A DNA stretch of 64,000 nucleotides from an uncultured Candidatus Saccharibacteria bacterium. GTDB lineage: Bacteria; Patescibacteriota; Minisyncoccia; Phycocordibacterales; UBA918. The stretch is from positions 3,963 through 67,962 of the forward strand of contig CAYGTV010000004.1 of the NCBI GenBank assembly GCA_964353135.1, in the 5' to 3' direction. A program made the position numbers and the translations under genes. Each line of letters begins with the position of its first letter. Positions within the stretch are counted from its first letter, which is position 1. Below, in pieces: positions 26,492 through 36,061 of this stretch. The notes under the pieces are model-generated. The model made no database searches. It had not been told where the DNA came from and was given only the letters and a program-made list of their open reading frames with translations.

Positions 26492-27853
26492 TTGTCTATG
26501 ACACTAAGTAAAGAAAAAAAGAAGAATATTCTGTTGTATGTAATGGCGCTACCAGCCGGCACCATTGAGGCGGTCAAAGAATATGAAAGAATATTTGATG
26601 AGCCTATCCGGGTCATGCTATTGCGTGACTCGCGGGTTCGCGATCTTAAAAACAGTCTTTCTAGAAAAGGGCTAGATTTTGCACTGACGTGTGATTTTTC
26701 TAAACCTGAGAAAATTGCAGAAACACTCTTGCCGTATCAAGACCAACTACTAGCTGTGAGTTGTCGGCAGGAGCAAGCATTGGCACGATTTGCTCAAGTG
26801 ATACCCCATGTACCGTACTTACGGACTCCGAGTACCGAGTCCTTACGTTGGGCGAGTGACAAGTATGAAATGCGTCGTCGCTTTAGTGTGATTGATAAAA
26901 CTCTTAATCCAAAATTCACTAGGATTAAAAATAATTCACATATAGAGCGCGAACGTGTCATCAAAAAGGTTGGGTTCCCAATGATCGTAAAGCCTGCCAG
27001 TATGGTTGCGAGTCTATATGTGACGATTTGCTACCACGAGGACGAACTAGAAAAAGCCGTGCGGACAATCTCAAGGCGTTTGAATGCCGCTTATAAAAGA
27101 GACAATCGTCTGGAGGTTCCAAAGATTATTGCCGAAGAGCATATGGAAGGACACCAGTACTCAATTGATTCGTACGTAAACTCGCGCGGAGGTATCACTC
27201 ATTGTCCACTAGTAAGGCAGAAAACAGCTAGGGAAATTGGGCATGATGATTTCTATACCTACCTACAAACCACCCCTACTGCACTAAAGAAGAATACTGT
27301 TCAGGCTGCAGAAACTGCCGCACAAAACGCTATCCATGCTCTAGGTTTGCGTAGTACTATCACCCACACAGAATTAATGAAAATTGACGACGAGTGGAAG
27401 GTGATTGAAATCGGAGCTCGAATGGGAGGATTTCGGCATGTGCTGCATAAACTAAGCTGCGACATAAATCACTCGCTGAATGACATTTTGGTCAGGGTCC
27501 CAAAAAAACCTATTGTTCCCAAAAAATGTAAAGGTTTTGCTTGTGCCATGAAGTGGTTTGCTGAAAAAGAAGGTCAGATAATTGAGATGAAGGGAATTAA
27601 AAAGATCGAGGAGCTGGAATCGTTCAATAGCATTACCCTTAATAAAAAGCTTGGCGACAAAGCTATATTTGCCCGTAACGGGGGACGCTCAGTGTTTAAT
27701 TTGTTCATGTATAATTCTGATCGGTCAAAACTACTGGCAGATATTCGTCGGGTTGAGCAACTGGTAGAAGTAAAAGTTGCTACGCGCGGAACAGCTAAAA
27801 AGTCCGTCGTTGCTAAAAAAATAACCAAGAAAGTGACAAAAGCGAAGAAATAA
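26492..27853 (+). CDS. ATP-grasp domain protein with basic C-terminal tail
   Basis: PMIVKPASMVAS, EEHMEGHQYSIDSY and VIEIGARMGG ATP-grasp motifs. The Lys-rich tail is TRGTAKKSVVAKKITKKVTKAKK. Confidence 0.7.
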   Translation: MSMTLSKEKKKNILLYVMALPAGTIEAVKEYERIFDEPIRVMLLRDSRVRDLKNSLSRKGLDFALTCDFSKPEKIAETLLPYQDQLLAVSCRQEQALARFAQVIPHVPYLRTPSTESLRWASDKYEMRRRFSVIDKTLNPKFTRIKNNSHIERERVIKKVGFPMIVKPASMVASLYVTICYHEDELEKAVRTISRRLNAAYKRDNRLEVPKIIAEEHMEGHQYSIDSYVNSRGGITHCPLVRQKTAREIGHDDFYTYLQTTPTALKKNTVQAAETAAQNAIHALGLRSTITHTELMKIDDEWKVIEIGARMGGFRHVLHKLSCDINHSLNDILVRVPKKPIVPKKCKGFACAMKWFAEKEGQIIEMKGIKKIEELESFNSITLNKKLGDKAIFARNGGRSVFNLFMYNSDRSKLLADIRRVEQLVEVKVATRGTAKKSVVAKKITKKVTKAKK

Positions 27854-27915
27854 CGGTGTAGCAAAGTGGGGAGGCCGGCCGGGTAAAACTGGTCGGCCTT
27901 TGGTATGATAGAGCT

Positions 27916-28665
27916 ATGTTTCGTACTCGTGATTTTATTTTGTTGTTTTCGGCAATCATGTTCTTGGTGATGGCGATTGGTACGACCCTAATTAATCAAA
28001 AATGGTCATCGGATGATACAGCCTTTGTGCTTGTTGAGACCGAGAATAGTACAGAATATATAGCGATGGTTGCCTCAAGCGAAGAAATCAATAGAGCGGA
28101 AAAAGTTGCGCAAATGCGCTCAAAAATATCTCAACAGACGTTGCTAACAAATGAGGTTGCACAAGAGGCTGTCGAAGATGTGATTGATGATGATGCTCCG
28201 ACGTCCAGTCCGGAAGTCACGACTGAATCAGCAGCTGTTTTGTGTCCTTCGTATCGACCATATACTAGTTTTTGGGATGCGAGGGACCTAACCTTAATGG
28301 AAAGTGAGGGTGCCCGCATCTTGTCTCGGGGCGAAATTAGTCCTACGTCTATTCCTGAACTAGTCCTACAATTACCGGTACGGACTGTACCAAGCGGTAA
28401 TCCGAGCTGTTTATCGTCTGATGTGATTGGAATTGCTAACGATGGCTCATTGATCCGTAACGATGAAGTGGCGCTATATGGTATCTTTTCGGCCGATGCT
28501 CTCATCGGCTATGCACTTGATGGATTCCCAATCTATGGTAGCGGCAATGGTGCTGGTGACGCTTGTGGTGGGGTGACCACTCCATCCGGTTACCGATACG
28601 AGCTGTCGTCTGAGCGAGACACCATGATCAACTGCTTTGCCGCTGCCCCGGTCTTACTTCCTTAA
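27916..28665 (+). CDS. hypothetical membrane-anchored protein
   Basis: N-terminal TM helix (FILLFSAIMFLVMAIGTTLI) and a Cys-containing extracytoplasmic domain. Confidence 0.5.
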   Translation: MFRTRDFILLFSAIMFLVMAIGTTLINQKWSSDDTAFVLVETENSTEYIAMVASSEEINRAEKVAQMRSKISQQTLLTNEVAQEAVEDVIDDDAPTSSPEVTTESAAVLCPSYRPYTSFWDARDLTLMESEGARILSRGEISPTSIPELVLQLPVRTVPSGNPSCLSSDVIGIANDGSLIRNDEVALYGIFSADALIGYALDGFPIYGSGNGAGDACGGVTTPSGYRYELSSERDTMINCFAAAPVLLP

Positions 28666-28675
28666 CTGACTTTCT

Positions 28676-29404
28676 ATGGCTACCCTGATTTTTGATATTG
28701 AAACGACAGGAAAAAACTGGGACGATATTCCAGAGTCTACCCAGTATGCTCTTACTAAATGGATTGGCCAGCTACCAATTAGTGATGCTGAAAAAGAACG
28801 TCTGAGTGAGGAGGCGCAAGAAAAGTTAGGACTCTCTCCGTTTACGGGCGAAGTGATTTCACTGGCGATGTACGACCTCGAGCGAAAACAAGGGGTGGTG
28901 TATTTTGTAGCTGATGATTCTGTGCTGGATTACTCGGATGGAGGTTGGAAGTACAAAGTAAGAACAGAAAAAGAAATGTTAGAAGACTTTTGGGAATCAG
29001 CACGGAGCTATAACGTGTTTGTAACCTTTAATGGTCGGTCGTTTGATATACCGTTTCTTATTCATCGCTCGTTAATTCTGGGTGTACGACCGTCAATAGA
29101 GTTATCTGGTCAACGGTATGTCAACCGACAAACTTCTCCATATCATGTTGACTTACTCGATGAGTTTTCATTTTATGGTGCAATGCAACGTCGCCCGTCA
29201 CTGCAGTTATTGTGCAATTCATACGGTATTACCTATACCAAAGAAGGAATGGGCGGAGAAGACGTGACAGAATTCTTTACCAAAAAGAAATACCGCGATA
29301 TCGCCGAGAAAAACGCCGCTGACGTCGTGGCTACCACTGAGCTGTTTGAGAAATGGAAAGTAAACCTCGCACCAGCAACGTTCATTAATGGGGTTGAATT
29401 TTAG
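28676..29404 (+). CDS. RNase H-like 3'-5' exonuclease (DnaQ/PolB-exo-like, YprB-type)
   Basis: Exo I motif (LIFDIETTG) and FNGRSFDIPFL. Confidence 0.65.
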   Translation: MATLIFDIETTGKNWDDIPESTQYALTKWIGQLPISDAEKERLSEEAQEKLGLSPFTGEVISLAMYDLERKQGVVYFVADDSVLDYSDGGWKYKVRTEKEMLEDFWESARSYNVFVTFNGRSFDIPFLIHRSLILGVRPSIELSGQRYVNRQTSPYHVDLLDEFSFYGAMQRRPSLQLLCNSYGITYTKEGMGGEDVTEFFTKKKYRDIAEKNAADVVATTELFEKWKVNLAPATFINGVEF

Positions 29405-29421
29405 TCTGGTATAATTTTTGT

Positions 29422-30153
29422 ATGAAAAATTACTTTACCCTTGGTTTGATACTAATCGTTCTTCCAGCACTCAGTTTTCTTTACTATACATACACAATTG
29501 CCGAGCCGGTTGATCGAGTATTTTTGTCAATTTCAACATTCTTATACTCTATCTTTACTGGGTTCTTTATCTCGAGGCAGGCCAGTCGGTTTAACAAAGT
29601 GCGCGAAACTGTGACCAAATTTGACGGTCTGATGTCAAACATCTACCGAACCAGTGGTCATATTTCAGCGAAACTGCAACAAGAAATCGGTGAGGTGATC
29701 AAAGCACACTACGAAAAAATATTTGCCACCAAGCAGTGGAACTATCACTTTGAGCATAAATCGGTCACACTGTCATCCATCCATGCTTTGTTAGACGAAC
29801 ATATTGAAGAAAAGGAAGTCACTAAATTATCTAATCAATCAATTGGCGCTATCGTCAAAGGGCTGGCGACCGCTCAAGATGTCCGTAAATCAATGCTGGC
29901 GCTGAACCGTGAACGAGTCCCGTCAGAGCAATGGATACTGATTCTATTCTTTGTGGCTATGCTTGTTGCGACAGTCAGCGTTATGCCATCGGTTGGTGTG
30001 TTGCTACCATCTATTCTCAAAGCCGCTTTTGTAATATCTGTTCTGTCGGTGATGTTCATTCTCTACCGTCTCAATAATTTAGAATTCACCGAAGATTTAA
30101 TGGGTGCCGAATCAGCCAAAGACGTGATCGATATCATCGACGGAAATAAATAA
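29422..30153 (+). CDS. hypothetical integral membrane protein (2+2 TM, DUF4239-like architecture)
   Basis: Two N-terminal and two C-terminal TM helices around a soluble middle region. Confidence 0.5.
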   Translation: MKNYFTLGLILIVLPALSFLYYTYTIAEPVDRVFLSISTFLYSIFTGFFISRQASRFNKVRETVTKFDGLMSNIYRTSGHISAKLQQEIGEVIKAHYEKIFATKQWNYHFEHKSVTLSSIHALLDEHIEEKEVTKLSNQSIGAIVKGLATAQDVRKSMLALNRERVPSEQWILILFFVAMLVATVSVMPSVGVLLPSILKAAFVISVLSVMFILYRLNNLEFTEDLMGAESAKDVIDIIDGNK

Positions 30154-30157
30154 GCTT

Positions 30158-30571
30158 ATGCAAAAACGTGTCTCACTCTTGGCGTCCTTGATACATAGGC
30201 CGCGCTTTCGGATGATTTTGGTAGGTGGCTTTAGTTTATTAGCTTCATACGGAGTCTTTCTTAGTTTACTGATGCTTAACGTACACTATCTAATAGCTTC
30301 GGTAGCAAACTTTCTAACATACATGTGCTTAAATTTTGTTTTAAACAAAAGGTGGGCATTCAAAAGTAGTGGTAATACTAAAAAACAGGCGGTTGCACAC
30401 TTCAGTTTACATGTAGGAAATCAATTTTTCATAATGGTTGGATTGTTTGTACTAGTAGAGCTAGTATCGCTCAATGCTGCTTGGGCACAGGTCTGTATGC
30501 AAGTTCTAGCAGCACTCACGGTATTTATTGTAACGCCTATTATCTTTACTGATAAAACAAGATTACTCTAA
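30158..30571 (+). CDS. GtrA-family membrane protein
   Basis: 137 aa with four TM segments and a GtrA-like pattern (KRWAFK). Confidence 0.65.
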   Translation: MQKRVSLLASLIHRPRFRMILVGGFSLLASYGVFLSLLMLNVHYLIASVANFLTYMCLNFVLNKRWAFKSSGNTKKQAVAHFSLHVGNQFFIMVGLFVLVELVSLNAAWAQVCMQVLAALTVFIVTPIIFTDKTRLL

Positions 30572-30603
30572 TGTTACTCTGATCATTTTGATATACTTTA
30601 CCT

Positions 30604-31818
30604 ATGAAACGAGATTTTCCAGAGGGTTTTTATTGGGGAGCCGCAACTGCTTCCTATCAGGTCGAAGGGGGAATCGATAACTGCGACTGGGCCGAGGCAT
30701 CTCGTCAGGGTCGGGTGCCGGTATGTGGGCGAGCGTGTGATCACTACAACCGCTATGAGGCTGATTTTGATATTGCGAAGGAGCTGGGTCATACCGCACA
30801 TCGTTTCTCCATTGAATGGGCACGAATCGAGCCAGAAGAAAGGCAGTTTGATCACGAAGAGATACAGCACTATAGAAACGTAATTCAAGCACTCAAAGAT
30901 CGCAATATGGAGCCAGTTCTCACTCTCTGGCATTTTACTCTTCCAATTTGGTTTTCAGAATCCGGTGGATTTGAAAGATCAGATGCTTATGAAGTCTTTG
31001 GACGATACGTTGAGTTTGTAGTTCGTGAATTAGGTGGTGAAGTTACACATATTACAACCATGAATGAACCTAATGTGTATGCGACACAGGGTTATATAAA
31101 TGGTGAATGGGCACCATTCATTGTCAGCACTAAACCATGGCAACGTAGCTACGGCGGACAAACTATCAGTAAAAGATCTAAACTTTTTGGTTTTATTAGC
31201 TATCTCAAGGTGATGAAACAGTTGGTGAAGTCACATAATCATGCGTACACAATAATAAAAGAGCATGCGCCACACGCTCAGGTCAGCTTTGTTAAACATG
31301 TTCATGTATATTTGTCTCCGAAAGGTATACTGAATAAACTAAGAGCAAAACTAAGTGACTACTATCAAAATCACCGCTTTACTAAGCAGACGATTGATCA
31401 TGTCGACGAGATCGGAATCAACTACTACCAGGCTTCGCAATTTGGTATTGAAGTAACGCCAAAAAAAACCGATATGGGATGGTATTTTGTACCTGAACAT
31501 ATCTATGACGCTCTTATGATGATGTCAAAGTATGGAAAGCCTATGTTCGTGTCTGAGGCAGGTATTGCGGACTATGATGACTCTGATCGGGCTGAGTACA
31601 TCACCAAGCAAGTTGAGGGAGTGAGGCGAGCAATCGCAGACGGAGCCGACGTGCGAGGGCACCTGTACTGGTCGCTGATGGATAACTACGAATGGGCACT
31701 TGGCTGTGAGAAGCAGTTTGGTTTAATCAAGATCAACTACGACACCCTTGAACGAGAAATCCGTCCTAGCGCCTGGGTGTATAAAGAACTGATTGAGAAG
31801 TACTCCAAGGTACAATAA
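30604..31818 (+). CDS. glycoside hydrolase family 1 (beta-glucosidase-like)
   Basis: FPEGFYWGAATASYQVEGG N-terminal signature, ITTMNEPNV (acid/base region) and a nucleophile region (VSEAGIADYDD). Confidence 0.8.
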   Translation: MKRDFPEGFYWGAATASYQVEGGIDNCDWAEASRQGRVPVCGRACDHYNRYEADFDIAKELGHTAHRFSIEWARIEPEERQFDHEEIQHYRNVIQALKDRNMEPVLTLWHFTLPIWFSESGGFERSDAYEVFGRYVEFVVRELGGEVTHITTMNEPNVYATQGYINGEWAPFIVSTKPWQRSYGGQTISKRSKLFGFISYLKVMKQLVKSHNHAYTIIKEHAPHAQVSFVKHVHVYLSPKGILNKLRAKLSDYYQNHRFTKQTIDHVDEIGINYYQASQFGIEVTPKKTDMGWYFVPEHIYDALMMMSKYGKPMFVSEAGIADYDDSDRAEYITKQVEGVRRAIADGADVRGHLYWSLMDNYEWALGCEKQFGLIKINYDTLEREIRPSAWVYKELIEKYSKVQ

Positions 31819-31824
31819 TCAGTA

Positions 31825-32757
31825 ATGAGTTGGATCTTACTTGCGACCATTGGTCAGTTTTTCAATGCTGTCGTAGCTATTGTCGACAAATATATAGTGT
31901 CAGATGAAAATGCTCTGCCGCGACCGTTTGTATACGCGTTTTATTCATGTCTCTTAACTGGAGGTTGGGCACTCATTTACTTTGCCGGGCTGATCCCAGG
32001 TTTGTCTGATCTAGGTGCTCCTTCTTTTGCAAACATTCAGACACCTACCTTGGTAGTAGTCGCCATGGCCTTTTTAGCGGCATATACATTTTTCATGGCG
32101 CTGGTGTCGATGTTTGATGCGCTGAAGCATGCTGATGCGAGTAATGTCATGCCAATTATCGGATCAGTATCTGCTTTATCTGCGTTTGCCATGAGCTACA
32201 TGTTCCTCGATCCAGCACACTCACCAAATTTCATTTGGGGAATTGTAATCTTGGCAACCGGAACATTGCTGGTGGCACAAACTTTGCCAAAAGTCGATGT
32301 GATTTTGCATGTGTTTCACTCTGGCCTTTTCTTTGGGTTGCATGCCATCACCATGAAAGGGTTGTTTCTAGAAACCAGTTTTGACGATGGGTTTTTTTGG
32401 TCTCGGGTAGCGTTCGTGCTGTTTGCCTTGTCACTTTTATTGGTTCCAGCGTACCTAGAAAAAATCCGTGAGCAGACCAAAGAAACTAGTAAGAAGACTG
32501 GTGGGATTGTTTTGGTAACAAAAATTCTAGCTGGAATTGCTGCGTTTTTACTTCTAAAAGCGACAGACATGGGGGAAGTCTCGGTCGTTCAGGCTCTCGA
32601 TGGTCTTAAATTTGTCTTTATTTTAATCATCAGTATTCTCTGTGCACAGTGGTTGCCTGATAGTGCGACTGATCGGGATACCAGGCCTGGTACGTTCTTC
32701 CGTAAGTTGTTGTTTGTGATTGTTATTATGGTTGGATTTGTCATGCTGTTCGCGTGA
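31825..32757 (+). CDS. polytopic membrane protein (DMT/EamA-like, uncertain)
   Basis: About 9-10 TM segments. The N-terminal AIVDKYIVS resembles an EamA repeat. Confidence 0.45.
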   Translation: MSWILLATIGQFFNAVVAIVDKYIVSDENALPRPFVYAFYSCLLTGGWALIYFAGLIPGLSDLGAPSFANIQTPTLVVVAMAFLAAYTFFMALVSMFDALKHADASNVMPIIGSVSALSAFAMSYMFLDPAHSPNFIWGIVILATGTLLVAQTLPKVDVILHVFHSGLFFGLHAITMKGLFLETSFDDGFFWSRVAFVLFALSLLLVPAYLEKIREQTKETSKKTGGIVLVTKILAGIAAFLLLKATDMGEVSVVQALDGLKFVFILIISILCAQWLPDSATDRDTRPGTFFRKLLFVIVIMVGFVMLFA

Positions 32758-32769
32758 TAATATAAAAGT

Positions 32770-33789
32770 ATGTGGAAGAAAGTTCTTATCGGTACTTTAA
32801 TTATTGCGCTATTGCTTGGATTTGCCGTCTTTTTGTTGGCGCAAAAAGATAAGCCGGAAGAAATCGTGTATGGTATGTCATTTAATACCCCTTACGCGCG
32901 TGAGCTGGGGCTGGAGTGGAACGAGGCATACGATGCCATCCTGGACGAATTGGGTGTCAGACACTTACGCTTGGCGGCCCACTGGCCGATGGTTGAACCG
33001 ATCCCAAATATTTACAATTTTGAAGAGCTTGATTACCAAATAGAGCGGGCTGAGGAAGTAGGCGCAGAAGTAGTGTTGGCTGTCGGGCGCCGTCTGCCAC
33101 GCTGGCCAGAGTGTCACACTCCTAATTGGGCTGATTCCCTAACAATTGCGGAGCGTAATTCAGCCCAGCTACGCTATATGGAAGCGGTTGTAAATCGCTA
33201 TAAGGATAGTCCAGCAGTGAAGGTGTGGCAGGTGGAAAACGAACCCTTTTTAGCGGTATTTGCGTTTGATCATTGTGGTGAGCTGGATACTGAGTTCCTC
33301 GACCGAGAAATAAAGTTGGTACGCCAGCTTGATCCAACACGTCCGATTTTGGTAACAGATAGTGGAAATTTGGGGTTGTGGCATGGTGCGTACACACGCG
33401 GGGATATGTTTGGCACCAGTGTGTACGTGCATTTTTGGAACCCTGAACTAGGGCAATTCCGGACCTGGCTACCGCCGTGGTTTTATCGTGCCAAAGACAA
33501 CCTGATGAGGGTGTTATTTGGTGACAAAGAAACAGTTCTAATTGAATTGTCTGCCGAACCTTGGCTAGTTGCACCAATTGTAGATGTACCGATTGATGTC
33601 CAATTTACACGGATGAATTTACAAAAATTTGAAGACATCCTGGGATATGCAGAGGGGACACATTATGAGAAGCAGTACCTATGGGGAGCAGAGTGGTGGT
33701 ACTGGTTGCATTTGCAGGACCGTCCAGAAATGTGGGAGCGCGGAAAAAAGTTGTTCCCCGAGGCACAAACCACTGAAACTGCTGAATGA
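32770..33789 (+). CDS. membrane-anchored glycoside hydrolase (GH5-like TIM barrel)
   Basis: N-terminal TM helix, WQVENEPF (NEP acid/base motif) and a clan GH-A-like layout. Confidence 0.55.
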   Translation: MWKKVLIGTLIIALLLGFAVFLLAQKDKPEEIVYGMSFNTPYARELGLEWNEAYDAILDELGVRHLRLAAHWPMVEPIPNIYNFEELDYQIERAEEVGAEVVLAVGRRLPRWPECHTPNWADSLTIAERNSAQLRYMEAVVNRYKDSPAVKVWQVENEPFLAVFAFDHCGELDTEFLDREIKLVRQLDPTRPILVTDSGNLGLWHGAYTRGDMFGTSVYVHFWNPELGQFRTWLPPWFYRAKDNLMRVLFGDKETVLIELSAEPWLVAPIVDVPIDVQFTRMNLQKFEDILGYAEGTHYEKQYLWGAEWWYWLHLQDRPEMWERGKKLFPEAQTTETAE

Positions 33790-33809
33790 ATCGTATATAC
33801 TAGAGTTAT

Positions 33810-34112
33810 ATGGAACGCAATCCAAAAAAAATCATTAATGCTTCACTAGACATTGTAGACTCGGTGCAGGAGGTGTTAACCGAAGTCGAAAATGGGATGG
33901 AGCAGCGACTGGCTCCAGTGCGCAAAAACTTGATAGAGCGTTTCCCAGTTTTATTTATGTTGGTTACTACTGCGGGCTTTGTTTTGGTTCTGTTTTCAAT
34001 GGAAGCTATATTTGCCAACTGGTTCCTCCTCCAGAATTATCCTTGGGTCACCCTCACAATTGGGATTGGAATACTAGTTGCAACTGGTACCCTGTATAAG
34101 AAATTGTCCTAA
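33810..34112 (+). CDS. hypothetical small membrane protein
   Basis: Two TM segments (FPVLFMLVTTAGFVLVLF and TLTIGIGILVATG). Confidence 0.45.
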   Translation: MERNPKKIINASLDIVDSVQEVLTEVENGMEQRLAPVRKNLIERFPVLFMLVTTAGFVLVLFSMEAIFANWFLLQNYPWVTLTIGIGILVATGTLYKKLS

Positions 34113-34121
34113 CTAGTATCT

Positions 34122-34304
34122 ATGAAAGATTTTTTTCGATTTGCATTTAGCTTTCTCTACACCCGCAATTGGCACACTGGACGTAAAGAGCTGTCTCAGT
34201 CTCGGATGGTGATTTTTGGTTGTGGAGTAGTTTTTTTAGTGGTCTCACTTATCGCTATTGGATTTCTGCAGGCGCCAGTGGAGGCAGTCATTCCAGCTCG
34301 ATAG
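34122..34304 (+). CDS. hypothetical small membrane protein
   Basis: 60 aa with one TM segment (VIFGCGVVFLVVSLIAIGFL). Confidence 0.3.
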   Translation: MKDFFRFAFSFLYTRNWHTGRKELSQSRMVIFGCGVVFLVVSLIAIGFLQAPVEAVIPAR

Positions 34305-34351
34305 CGTGGTAGTATGTAGCTATTAGACATTTGTTGTAATTACTATTTTAT

Positions 34352-35458
34352 ATGGCTGTCCCTAAACCTTTTCTTGCTGCTTTTGTCCTGTTTTTTCTTA
34401 CAGTCACTGTTGTTCAGGCGAACGTTGTTGTAAGAACGGCAGATCAACTAGAGGTGGCAGAAGGAGATATCGTTGACGGGGAGCTGATTGCTGTTGGATT
34501 ACCAGTAGTACTCTCAAACAATGTAGCCGAAGACGCTACCCTCATCGGAAATCGGGTGACTGTAAATGGTCAAGTTGGTATGGACCTGCTCGCCGCCGGC
34601 TTTTTCGTAGATGTTAATCAACCCGTCCAAGACGATGTCCGGATAATCGGAGGAGAAATCACTCTTTCTAGTGACATTGCAGGAGATGTGCTTATTTTTG
34701 GCGGTGCCGTTGATATTCTTTCAACCGCCAGTATTACAGGTGATGTAATCGTGTATGGTGGAACGGTTTCAATCGCTGGAACTGTAGAGGGTGACGTCGT
34801 TGGGTCGATAGAGGAGCTGCATATCAACGGCTCTATCGGTGGTGGGGTAGATGTAACTGTAACCAGTCTTTCTTTGGGTGACCAAGCTGTGATTGCAGGT
34901 GGGGTCGAGTATGTCAGCTATAACCTAATTGCGACATCGCTAAACGCCACAGTGCAGGGAGATACTGTGCGCAGTGATCCACCAACGTTACAAGATTCGG
35001 GCTGGATGCAAATGACACTCGTGACTTTTTTGGTTGCTCTATTTACTGCTTTGGTTTGGTACTTATGTTCGCGCAAAACTCTCATGGTTGTGGTACGACA
35101 AACCAACATGCACCTACTGCGAAGTGCATTCATTGGTTTTTTGACTCCAGTGGTTCTCTTGATCGTGATAGTGGTCCTGTTTATAAGTCAGATTGGTGTG
35201 TACGTCGCGTTTGTTGGCTTGTTTGGCTTGATTACTCTTATGCTCTTGGCCGGTGCTGCTGCTCCTGCGATCGTGGGACATTTGCTGATTCAGGCAATTC
35301 AGCACCCACCAATGGATGGCCCATTGCCGATAGTGTTCGGTGTCCTAGTGCTCACCCTGTGTATGTTTGTACCAGTTGTTGGAATACTTCTGGTTGTAAC
35401 AGCAGCTGTGCTAGCGTTTGGTGGACTGCTCGAATCGCTATTTAAGGCTAATCGTTAA
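34352..35458 (+). CDS. bactofilin-like beta-helical repeat protein fused to C-terminal multi-pass membrane domain
   Basis: Signal/TM N-terminus and repeated GDV.I.GG.V motifs (GDVLIFGGAVDI, GDVIVYGGTVSI, GDVVGSIEELHI), followed by about 4 TM helices. Confidence 0.55.
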   Translation: MAVPKPFLAAFVLFFLTVTVVQANVVVRTADQLEVAEGDIVDGELIAVGLPVVLSNNVAEDATLIGNRVTVNGQVGMDLLAAGFFVDVNQPVQDDVRIIGGEITLSSDIAGDVLIFGGAVDILSTASITGDVIVYGGTVSIAGTVEGDVVGSIEELHINGSIGGGVDVTVTSLSLGDQAVIAGGVEYVSYNLIATSLNATVQGDTVRSDPPTLQDSGWMQMTLVTFLVALFTALVWYLCSRKTLMVVVRQTNMHLLRSAFIGFLTPVVLLIVIVVLFISQIGVYVAFVGLFGLITLMLLAGAAAPAIVGHLLIQAIQHPPMDGPLPIVFGVLVLTLCMFVPVVGILLVVTAAVLAFGGLLESLFKANR

Positions 35459-36041
35459 TATGTGGGGACCTTCGTTTCTATCAGTGCTACATGATTTGTG
35501 GCTCTTTTGCACTGGTCAGGCTATTGCTGTAGAGCCCACTCCAGCGTCAAATCAAATGGGTCCTAGCTATAGTCGCGATATCGTCACACCAGTGATTCTA
35601 AAAAAAGTCCGCTTGAATCCAGGAGTGTTCTATGTAGCCACAAATCCAGACACTATCCAAATCCGGAGTCGTCTTGGCGCTTACGATTCTCATATCATTT
35701 CCTCTGGACCACTAACTGAGTATGAGTGGCTTCTGTACAGTTTGCAGGATAAACATCTGGCTGTACCACTATTAGCGTTACGCCTGACCCCGCTGGGTCG
35801 CTGGCACACAACTCTCAAGGGACAGCCAAGTGTGAGTATCGGTGTGACACCGTACACTGATGCCTTGATGGAATGGAGAGAAGGTGAAGTAGATCGGATT
35901 GGTTGGGTCCATGAGGTGTCACCAGATGAATCAATCGTACTAGGTGAATTAGGCACAAGCGAGCCTGGTCTATATCAATCGCGTTCATTACAACGTTCAC
36001 AGTGGTTAGAGTTACGTCCAGTGTTTACCTCGTTTGTTTGA
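35418..36041 (+). CDS. hypothetical protein
   Basis: 207-aa ORF. The first 40 nt overlap the previous gene; an alternative start is MWGPSF at 35460. Confidence 0.4.
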   Translation: MVDCSNRYLRLIVNMWGPSFLSVLHDLWLFCTGQAIAVEPTPASNQMGPSYSRDIVTPVILKKVRLNPGVFYVATNPDTIQIRSRLGAYDSHIISSGPLTEYEWLLYSLQDKHLAVPLLALRLTPLGRWHTTLKGQPSVSIGVTPYTDALMEWREGEVDRIGWVHEVSPDESIVLGELGTSEPGLYQSRSLQRSQWLELRPVFTSFV

Positions 36042-36061
36042 TATTTGATACAATAGTATAT

